Assembly: GCA_043228905.1 (NCBI GenBank)
Contig: JBHGNT010000003.1
Span: 12,772,001-12,836,000 of the forward strand
From: Azolla caroliniana
Lineage: Eukaryota; Plantae; Polypodiophyta
Length of the DNA stretch: 64,000 bases
Direction: 5' to 3'
A program made the position numbers and the translations under genes. Below, piece by piece: positions 23,601 through 34,100 of this stretch. Under the pieces are notes generated by a model. It was given only the letters and a program-made list of their open reading frames with translations, made no database searches and was not told the DNA's origin. How positions within the stretch are numbered: the first letter of the stretch is position 1; every line of letters begins with the position of its first letter.

Positions 23601-24752
23601 TCTCTATACATCCGAAATGAGTCGGATAACCCCATCATCATCATCCTATAGGTGGAGGACTTGGTCATTGGAGGAAAGGATCTCGCCAAGATCAACAAAG
23701 TCAGAACACTTCTCTCCGACAGATTCGAAATGAAAGACCTGCATGAACTCCATTACTTCTTAGGCATTGAAGTAATTCGGACACCAGTCTGGATAATGAT
23801 CTCACAACGACACTATGTCCTCAACTTACTCTACAAGTTCAGAATGACTGAGTGCAAGCTTGTGTCTACCCCTCTCTATCGTGACCTAAAGATTGATGCC
23901 AATTCCGGAATTGCTGAGACCAAGCCAACTCAATATCGACAACTGATCGGTAGTTTGATCTATCTAACCATTACGCGACCTGAACTCAGTTATTCGGTCG
24001 GCCTACTTAGCCAATTCATGCAGAATCCGCGAAGCCTTCATCTTGATTGTGCTAAGAAGATACTACGGTATGTCAGTACGACAATGGCTTACGACATCAT
24101 GTATAAGTCGAACACGACTATTCGACCCGAAGGGTATAGAGACCCGGACTGGGCAGGCTATAAAGCGGAAAGACGATCCATCTCCGGATTTGTCTTTTTC
24201 CTCGGCAACGGAGCAATCTCTTGGAGTAGCAAGAAACAGCCGACAGTCGCACTGTTGAGAATATAGGGGCGCAACAGTCGCCACATGCAAAGCCGTATGG
24301 CTTAAACGCATACTAAAGGATCTGGGCATTTCAATCAAGGATCCAATTTGTCTCTACTGCGACAACATGAGTAGTATCTACCTGGCGCAGAACCCCATAT
24401 TCAACACGCGGACTAAATATATCAAAGTGCATTACCACTTCATTTGCGAGCGCGTACAAGCCAGCGAGATCGATCTACAACATACTAGTACACACCTCCA
24501 AGTTGTTGATATATTTGCGAAGGCGTTAGGAGTAGACAAGCTCAAGAATTTTGCATCGGACCTGGGTCTCATGACATCTACATCCGAACTTGAGGGGAAG
24601 TACAGGTACAAGCGACATGGAAGCAATACTCAATGATACGCAACACATACGCAATTGATCGAGTACGCAAGTACGCAACACAGCCGACTAGACAAGTCGA
24701 AGTATGAACCGAACAACCTTCTCGACAGATAGAAGTTGTGTTCGAAGGGGCG

Positions 24753-24958
24753 TGTTGAGAGTCGAACTCAACTTCCCATAGATAGGTTTCACACTAGCTC
24801 ATGGACATGTTGGGTTAGTTTTGTAAATAGTAGAAAGGACACTTGCCCTAGCTTAGTTGGTATATATATAAACCAACGCATTGTAACTTAGTTTCGCTTG
24901 GATGTTTTATGTTGATGTATTTTTGGTTAATATACAGTTTTTCTATCTTTGCCTTAAG

Positions 24959-25001
<43 letters not shown>

Positions 25002-25075
25002 TTGCCTCAGACACACACACAACCTCAATCTTCTTCTGCTGCATTGCAATCACTCTTGCCTCCCATTCGGTTACA
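24753..25075 (+). repeat. 3' LTR of element 2
   Basis: Followed by TSD ACCTC at 25076-25080. Confidence 0.93.
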
Positions 25076-25594
25076 ACCTCTTCTCGAATAGTTGAAGCTT
25101 CTCAATGAATATGTGGTAGAGTCACAAGTTATTTGCCAACAACTTCTTGTAGATCATGCAACAAAACCTACAATAGGAGGAGACATAGATGTTGTGATGT
25201 TGGGTCACAACAAGGACATTGAGTAGAGATGGTATGAACACAATGAGCAGAGGGGACATAGTGAGCAAAGAATGCCTGATACACCATAGATGGGTCACAA
25301 TAATAACAAAGAGCAGAGAATGCATGTTCGCTAGAAATGGGTCACAACCACAACAAAGAGCAGAGAACTCTTGTTCGCTCTGGATGATGTGACACAACAA
25401 GCAGGAACGAGTAGAGATGGTGGGGACATAGTGAGCAAAGGGGATAGAGTGAGTAGAGAGCGCCTTGAGGTTGTAGAAGCTTCAAAGCAAACACAAAACA
25501 TGGTTGCCTAGAGGTGCAGATGGTCTAAAGCGTCGCCACAAATTGAACACCTGTGAATGTAGGAGAAGCAAAGAGAGATCTGCGAGAGAGGGAG

Positions 25595-25596
<2 letters not shown>

Positions 25597-25677
<81 letters not shown>

Positions 25678-25800
25678 TAACTTGAACATCCACTTACGTG
25701 AGGTAGGAGAAGGAGAGAGAGAGAGAGAGAGAGAGAAAGAAAGAGAGTAACTTGAACATCCACTTACGTGAGGTACGAGAAGGAGAGAGAGAGAGACTCG
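25597..25800. repeat. (GA)n microsatellite plus a ~70-bp duplicated unit
   Basis: Long (GA)n at 25597-25670; gagaaagagagtaacttgaacatccacttacgtgaggta occurs twice. Confidence 0.9.
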
Positions 25801-26192
25801 CTCACTCACTCACCTTCAACAATTAAAAACTCTGTATAAGTTTACCTCGACATATGCACCTTCAACCTAAACTAGAATTTATTACACAAGGGACACTTGG
25901 ACAGAGATGTAACAATGGAAAGATGTGTGGGTTTATTGCTCTTTTAAAATTTGAACCCATTGAATGTGACTTTTCTTTTTCTAATATGTAATGATAAACT
26001 TTTTAGTCACTTTTATTGGATTTATTTTAAATTATAGCGTTTATTCTCTTCATTGAAATAGTACTAAAATTTTGGCCAAAAGTTGGTACACCGTAGCTTG
26101 CTTTCACCCTTTCCTTTATCCTGAATTTGGCCCATCTGAAAGGGACCTAATTCTGAACGTATATATGACTCAAGTTCTTGTGTCCGGGGAAA

Positions 26193-26907
26193 TGTAATGG
26201 CATCGCGTTGTTTAGGTAAATCCGGCATTAATGACTCATGTACGAATCAAACAAAGCATGAATGTGCTAAATGTGGAGATGAACTTGAGCCGGCTACAAC
26301 CGACTAGTTACGTACACATTACACAGATAGATTACGATACAAAACACAATGTATGAGGCAGACAGAATTCTATTATCCAAGACACACAGACCTACAATAC
26401 TATTCGATTAGCTTTTTACAGGCTTCCCATGTCCCTTTTTATAGGGATCATGGACGACTACGAATCAACGCATGAAACTTCCCGCTATTTTTATTGCTTC
26501 GCACGACCCCACCCACTTTTAGTTCCGTCGAGGTTGGGTTCAGCTCGGCGGCATCCTCGTTCCATTCGTGCTCCTATGGGGTCGAGATTGGATTTGGCTC
26601 GGCTATGGCCACATCCTATTCATCCTTCTACGGGGTTTGTTGGGGTAGCGGCTGGGAGGGAGTCATGGGTTGCGTTTGTTGCTCTGTGATCATCGGAAAC
26701 TCCTCAGTCGGCTCCTGCTCGGTGTTGTCCACGTCTATGATGGGCATGGGATCTATGGGGTGTGGTGCATCCAGGGAGTGCTCGCTTGATTCACTACAGT
26801 CGGGAAGGTGGATGGTTTCCAGATCCTTTGCTATCTCCTCCTCTTTCTCCGCCTGCGCTCGCTCGGTCTCGTACGCTTCTTGCTCCAATGCGTAGTCGAT
26901 TTGATCT
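26193..26907 (-). mobile_element. 3' fragment of an LTR element (3' LTR ~26193-26503, PPT, acidic ORF tail)
   Basis: On the minus strand: AAAAGTGGGTGGGG PPT, then TG..., a TATA-like CTATAAAAAGG and a ...CCATTACA end; the upstream E/P/Q-rich frame is cut at 26907 by the element 5 LTR. Confidence 0.45.
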
Positions 26908-27414
26908 TGTAGAAATCGGCAACTATACAAATAGAGATTGATTGCTAGAGAGAGAGAGAGATCACACATACACAAAATTGTTCTATTTTGATTGTGTGTT
27001 ACATTAGCCAAAATGGCGTGTTTGTAGAGATGATGGACAAAAAGTTATGTCTCTTCAAATGAAGAGTTTTCTCTGAAGTGTAATAATAAATAACTCTTCG
27101 TAATAGTTGTTTTTAAAATAATAGATAAATATTATATTTAGATTAAATATTTCCACCCCCCCCCCCCCACCCCACCCCCCCCCCCCCTTAAGCTAAATAT
27201 TATTTTATTCAAAAGTATTGTCCATCGACGAATAGTTTGGCATTGTTAGACCAATCTTTCGGCAACAAGTGATATGCTTTGTTTGAGGTACTGGCTTTGT
27301 TAGAAAATCGGCCCACATTAGTGTTGTGGACGCATACTTCAAATCTAACTTCTTCTCTTTGATTAAGTCTCATAGAAAGTGATGCATGAAAGAGACATGT
27401 CGAATATTATCACT

Positions 27415-27877
27415 TGTTATTGCTAGGGCTGGACAACAGCCTAACACAGGGTGTCCACTTAAGACACGTCACCAAAGGGTGGTACGGTAGAATGACTTAC
27501 GACACAACGCTTAATTAGACCTTAATCGATTACTTAGCCATCTGTAATTAACACGCGTAAGATATAACAATGAATACAGAACGGTAATCAACACTGGAAG
27601 ATTAAGACAATAAGCTTTATTAATTATCCGCGCTTGATTACATTGTAACCGGGCCTTTATATAGGTCTCCGGTGCGAAATACAAAACGGTGCCAACCGGC
27701 ACCTTTACGGGATCGTTCCGGATCCGGATCGGCATAACGATTCCGGTCTGTCTGTCCACATCTTCTTACATAATAATATATATATATTAAGACTACTAAT
27801 TACAACAGTTCCCGAATAACTATTCCTTTCACACTCTAGTTTGGACCTCCTTAAGCCTTCTTTGTCGGCCGGTAACA
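27415..27877 (-). repeat. 3' LTR of element 4
   Basis: Matches 36980-37442. Confidence 0.93.
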
Positions 27878-27942
27878 CATGGCACGCCTGTGGGACAATA
27901 CCTTGTACGTCGAACCCATTATCCGGCCCTTTTACGCTTCGT

Positions 27943-30900
27943 TCAAAATGTCCAGAATGCTTTGCTCCAAAATTTCCAATGGCTCGTCGGGAATCTGTTG
28001 TTGCTGCTGTGGCTGCTGCTGTTGTTCCGTTTGTGGTTGTGGCTGCTGCTCCGTTTGTTGCTCTGGCACCGACGTTTCCATCGTTGGTTCCTACGTCGGA
28101 GTTGTCTGTGGCTGACTGACCCTGGCCTATTCCCCGTCCGGTCTTTGCACCGACGATGGTTCCTCATTACTAAGGTTGACCATTGTCTCCTTTCGCGCTT
28201 TTTCTTCCCGGAGCCGGGACCGCTCATAGCTTTCGAACTGGATTTGAGCCTCCAGCCGATCGTCGTCCAGTTGAGCTACGAGCTGCCGGACCTGCACCAA
28301 TTGTTCATCCACCAGGGCTGTGAAATCTTCTGCCAGCTCATCCCTTATGGCGGTGAAGTCCTCTGAGGTCAGCGTATAACAGTCATCGCCCTCCTTTCGC
28401 CGGTTTTCCACATCTACCCTAAGCAATTGGAGTTCCGCCGTATTTTGCGCCCATTTCGCCCACCAATGCACCGAGCTGTCATCAATCAAGCTTTTGGTCT
28501 TAGTCAGCCATGACAGGAGGATGCACTGGATCCGTTCGGCTCCCATCTGTGATTTATTTTCTACGGCTTGTCGCTCTTCCTTCAATTGCTTGATGATCCG
28601 AACCGTGTCTGCCTCCTGCTCCCTATAATGCGACAATTGATTTTGATAGGTTGTTTGCAACCTCTGTAATACCATTGTCGCCCTTTCCTTGTCTTCATGG
28701 TTCTGTTTGGGGAGCCCCATCCGGTCATTCGCCGCTTCCTCCAATAGCCTGGAACTTTCCGCTCGTTCTTCGGCGAGTGCTGTTGTGGCCCTATCAACTT
28801 CTTGCCGGAGCTCGGCCATCCATTCCTGTTGTTGCTTATGCTCCGTCTCCAGCTGCTTGTAGTCCCGATGCAGATGATCGAAATCATCGGTCTTCTGCTT
28901 CAGCCTTTGGTTGATCGGACAGCGCTCGCGGTCCTCCCATTCCTTCTTTTGCCGGAGCTCTTCCTTCAGCCTCTCGATTTCCGTTTCCGCCATCCGTCAC
29001 AACTTGTCTTTTTCCTGCAGCACTTTCTCTTTTTCCTCCTTCAGCCGGTCGTAAGCATGATGTCCTTTACGCAGGTTTTCCTCTGCCCGACGAAGGTTCT
29101 CAATAGTCTTTCTTAATTCTTCTTCGGCCGCCTTCTTCAAGTCGCGTTCGCGGCTCCGTAATGCTTCTTGTGCGGCGAGCTCATCTCGTAATTCCGCAAG
29201 CTCTTGGGCTTGTGCCGCCTTTTTCTCCGGGACAATTTGTGTCTCCGGGGTCTTATTCTTCTGTACATCAACCGGAGTAACCGGTGCTTGGACCTGCGTT
29301 GCGGTTAAGGCCATTTTGGCCATATCTACTGTGATCCGATCCAAGTTTTGTTCGAGGCACCGGATCCTTGATTGGGCCGTCTCCAGTTCATTGGTTGTGA
29401 CGAGCAACCGTTCTGTTTGCGCTCTTTCCTCTACCTCTATGCATCCGACTATTCTGGCAATTTGGTCTCCTATCCACGGGAGCCATTGGCTGCCAGTGCA
29501 CTGTTGTTTCGCTTGCACTAAGAGTTGGGCTGATGGGTTCACTCACCGGTGGCTGGTCCCGCCTTTCTGCGTCAAGTTGCGCTTCTCGTTCTGCCAACTG
29601 ACCACTTTTTCGTTCCGGCTCTGAGTGTGTTTCGGCTAGTCGCCCCTTGTCTGCTTGTTCTTGGCCGACTGGGGCGGTTGGCCTTTGTGTATCCGGCTCT
29701 TGGGTGACCGGGCTTGCCGGTGCTGCCTGTTCTGTTGAGACTTCTATGAACGGTTCCCTCCGAACCGGTTCTAGTGCCTCCCTTGGCGTGGGTTGCTCAG
29801 CGTTAGTTGCGGGCATTCCATCCTTCCGTCGGTCCGAACGCTTCCCAACTGATTCAACGGTGCTCTTCACCGGCCGCCGCTGGAGGTGTTCCGTGGGTTC
29901 TTCCTCCATTTCTTCCGCCTGAGTCCCGGCATTCATTCTTGCTGCCAGGGTGTCTGTTTCCTGTTGCAGTGATCAGTGGAGTGAGCTCTTCAGGGGCCGT
30001 GCCGGTGTCTCCTCACTTGCATCCGTCGGCCGCTTCCGGCTGGCGCGCTCCTTCACCGCCTTTTTTGTGTCGGCAGTCTTCCCCTTAGTGGCCTTGGAGG
30101 CCAAAAGTTGTTGCCGTTTCAAAGCAGGTTTCGGGGTGCCGTCCGTTGCTCTTCCCCGCTTCTTGGTTTGCACGGGCTCGACCAGTGGTGCCAACAGGGT
30201 GAGCCATTGTGTCAACGCATGCCATATTTTCCGGCCTTCCTTGCCATCCTTTCCTCTTACTATATCAATCGCCGTACACAGCCCGTCGGCGATCAACACC
30301 GGCCAATCCACCTTGACCCCTTCGTATATTGCGATGATCAAGCCTGCTCGGTTCTGAGGCATGACGGGGGGTCGAGGGTACACGTGGCCGAACTCATGGA
30401 GCACACGGGCAATTTCACGGAATAGCATATCTTCGCCGCCCTGTGTCCTGTAGCCCTTGCTAGCTAGAGAGTACTCACCGAAGTATTTGATGAGTTGCTC
30501 GGAGGTAGGATTGTCGATCGTGTAGATGCCTCCCTCCGGAAGGCCTATTAAGGCACGGATCGCCTCCTCCGTGATCACCTCCGTGTCGATTTCTTTTATA
30601 ATCTTCTCGGCCTCCTTGTGTGACGCCACCTCCATGATCATTAAGAAACCCTCCAGACCGTGCTGTCGTAACCATTTCTTGGCGGCTTCACACAACATTT
30701 GGTAGTCCATCTCTGCGTCGAGGTCGGAGAGCGTTGGCGAGGTTTGATGGTGGGGAGAGTGTGAGAGAGAAAGTTCTGAGGGAGGGGGTTCTCTGTGTGC
30801 AAGATCTCTACGATTTATCTTCATGCGTCGCTCTGCGTTTGTTCTCCTTGGTTCACAATAGGAGAAGGCCTCGATGCGTGGGGGTTTTTCTCTCTGCATC

Positions 30901-30989
30901 TTGGCGCCTTTTTCGAGCCTCCGCATGTGCAGGCCGTGTACTATAATAGCATTGCGTGCCATGTGGTGGTGGTTTAATGTTCTATTCAT
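27943..30989 (-). pseudogene. Extra ORF downstream of integrase (globular N-terminal domain, low-complexity linker, long coiled coil)
   Basis: Consecutive same-strand ORFs 30989-29973, 29936-29388, 29542-28997, 28993-28127 and 28227-27943 link through single stops or frameshifts; E/Q/K/R/L-rich heptad-like C-terminal half. Confidence 0.7.
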
Positions 30990-31127
30990 AGCTCCTCGTA
31001 CCTTTTCGACGTGCCTCTTTACTCCTCGTGTGCATGGCCGTTTCCACCACTCCTTTCTATGATTTATTTGATTCGCTCCTTTATTCTTCTTCTTCTTCTT
31101 CTTCTTTTTTTGAACTTACTTGTGTGG

Positions 31128-34100
31128 TTAGTTTTTCTCCGGTCCTGTCGGACCTTTGCCCGAAGCGTGCAACTTGTCGGCCTCTTGACGGTTTGCCGTC
31201 GTTCTGCTCTCCTCGGTTGCCGGCTCATGCTCCTCCTTACTGGCTTGGTGGTAGCCGTCGTCTTCACCAGTTGCCGTTATGGTTGGCCTGCCAGTGGCTA
31301 ATTCGGTGGCGGCCTCTCGTTCAAATGGGTTCTTAGGCATAGGTCCTTTGTATGGTTTTAGTCTAAATCCGTTGACCCATTTGCCCAGCACTTCTCCGGC
31401 AAGTGTCCCCAACTGGTAGGACCCATTGAACTCCCGTGTGATCTAGTATGGTCCGGTCCATCTAAACTGTAGTTTACCTGGCATTTTGCCCATCCGGGTC
31501 TGGAACACGAGTACCGGCTTGCCGGTCCCAAACATCTTTTCGTTTCCCTTCCGGTGCCGATCTACAAATGCTTTCCGTCTCTGTTGTTCCAATTCCAGGT
31601 GCATAATGCTCTCCAGTCGGTGTTCTTCCAGTTCGCACAGAGCCTTTAACCGAATTGCCTCTGATTCCTTTTCGTTCAATCGTTCCCGAATCTGAATCCG
31701 TAAGCTTGGTACCTAGAACTCGACCGACATGACTGCCTCCAATCCGAATGCTAACCGGAACGGTGTTGTTCGGATGCTTGTTTTGTACGTTGTTCGATAA
31801 GCCCAGAGCGCACTGTGCAGCTTCGTATCCCAATCTGTCCTATTTTCATTGACGATCTTCCGGAGGATATTCTGGAGCGTTTTGTTCGTCGACTCAGCTA
31901 ACCCATTTGCTTGCGGATAGTACGGTGTGCTTCGTTTATGTACTACCGCATAGAACGTCGTCAAACTTTCTACCACCTGTCCAAGAAAGTGCCCTCCTTG
32001 GTCGCTTATCAGCTCTATGGGGCATCCGTACCGGTACCAAATGCATTCGTATAAGAATTTCGCTGTTGACGCCGCGGTGTTGTCTCGTAGGGCTTTCGCT
32101 TCCACCCACTTAGTGCAGTAATCCGTCACGACGATCACGTACTGGTTGCCGGTTCTCATTGCCAGTGGTTTAAATGTCCCGATGAAATCCAACCCCCATT
32201 TCTGGAATGGTTCTAGTGGTAGGACTGGCTGGTGTGGCATCCGATCTCGTTCCGTTGGCTGACCCATTCGTTCGCATAGATCACAGTCCGCATACCCGAC
32301 TACATCTTTCAATGTGGTCGGCCACCATAGGCCACTTTGCCATACTTTCCTTGCCGTCGCATCTCCAACATAATGGCCTCCGGGGACTCCGTAGTGTGCC
32401 TCCCGTAGTATCACCTCCTTCTCGTCGTTGCGCACTGCTCGTCGCCAGATATCGTCCGCAACTTTGTGGTATAGCGTGTCCTGTAATAAACAAAAGTGCT
32501 GGCTCTGTACCGCCAGGTGTTTTCTCTCGTCCCGGTTCATCTCCTCCGGAGGCAATCCGGTACTCAGAAACTGGTGCATATTAGTTAGCCACTTATCTTC
32601 TTGTGCCACTGTTTAATCTGTTCCCGTTTCTGTGGTGACTCGAAAAAGCTCTGCATCCGGAAACTCGTCCAGTACTCCGTCACCTGTCTCCCTGGAATCT
32701 AACCGGCTTAGATAATCTACTACCGCATGCTGTATGCCGAGTCGGTGGAATATCTCAAATTCGAACTCTTGCAACAACAAAGTCCACCGGGCCAACTTAC
32801 CGATAAGTGACGCTTTGGATACTAGGTAGAGGAGTGCCGAATGATCTACATGGAAGGAGAACTTTCTTCCCAATAAATAATGCCTGGATTTTGTTACACT
32901 GTAGATCATTCCTAAAGCTTCCCTTTCCGTGGTAGAATAATTCTGTTCCGCTTGGGATAGCTTCCGGCTGGCATAGTATACTGGCCGGTACCACCTTGGC
33001 TCGGTAAGCTGTATGAGCACGCTGTCGATTGCGATATCAGAAGCGTTCACGAACACATGAAACTCTTTACTCCAATCTGGAGGCTGCACTACCGGTGCTT
33101 GTGACAATAACACCTTTAGTGCCCGGTACGCCTTGTCTTCGATGTGGGTCCATTGGAATGGTGTTCGATGTACTGCCAGGTCTGCCAAATATCAGAGCAT
33201 ACGGCTATGCCAGCGGATTTGTCCTAGGAAACGGCTCAATGCCTTTGCCGTTGCTAGTGCCGGAGCTTCCCGGATTGCTTTTACTTTGTTCGGATCTATG
33301 ACAATGCCTTCCTTGCTCACTATATGCCCTAGTAGCGTTCCGCTGGACACTCCAAATACACACTTCGCCGGATTCAGGCTTAGCCGGTACGCCCTACACT
33401 TCTCTAGACATAGTCTGAGATGCTGCAAATGATCTTCTTCTCTAATATAGACGGCGAAGTCGTCAAGGAACACCTGCATAAAAGCCGGTATGTGTTCGCC
33501 AAAGATCTCCATGATGATCCGTTGGAATGTTGCTGGTGCCATTTTCAGCCCGAACATCATCACCACCGCAACAAACACTCCCCATTCGGTGACGAAAGCC
33601 GTTTTCTCTTGATCCTCAGGTTGCATCTGGATCTAATTATACCCGCTGAATCTGTCTAAGACACTGTAGACTTCATGGCCGGCGACGGCATCCAAAACTC
33701 CATCCGTAAACGGAAGTGGAAATTCATCCGTTATCGTTGCCGCATTGAGCTTCCGGTAATCGACACAAACCCTAATTTTGCCGTTCTTTTTCGGTACGAC
33801 TACGATCGGGCTCAGCCATGGAGATTTCTTTACGGGACGGATGAAGCCGACCCTCAGTAATTTGTCGATCTCCTCCTTGACTTTGGCGGCGTAGTTTGGG
33901 TTCATCCGGTACCGATGATGTGCTACCGGCTTGGCGTCTTTGCTCAGATGTATCTAGTGCTGATACAACTGAGGATCCTGGCCTCTCGTATCCTCGTATG
34001 ACCAGGCAAAGACGTCGCGAAACTCGTTGAGGAGTGTAATTATCGCCGTTTTGTTCTCTGCATTCATTTCTTTGGCGATGTGCACTAGTTTTGCCTCCTC

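Larger units (their letters stand above)
15123..24590 (+). pseudogene. gag-pol: Disrupted copia gag-pol of element 2 (15123-15343 plus 20642-~24590)
   Basis: Removing element 3 restores SCLHDHML|GYIQEAKTPKQAW; WFVDSGASNH, QMDVKNAFLQG and ISWSSKKQ motifs present; many stops and frameshifts. Confidence 0.9.
14703..25075 (+). mobile_element. Degenerate Ty1/copia element 2 (interrupted by element 3)
   Basis: LTRs 14703-15009 and 24753-25075, TSD ACCTC, PBS TGGTATCAGAGC at 15010-15021, PPT GAAGGGGCG; fragmented gag/PR/IN/RT/RH ORFs. Confidence 0.95.

Noticed and set aside
25508-25809. SLSL/RERE ORFs
   Set aside because: Microsatellite translations.
26060-26101. ttggtacaccgtagcttg as the terminus of the candidate DNA transposon
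   Set aside because: The position is plausible, but there is no inverted partner or TSD in the window; the weak match at ~1033 is in direct orientation and lies inside a predicted exon.
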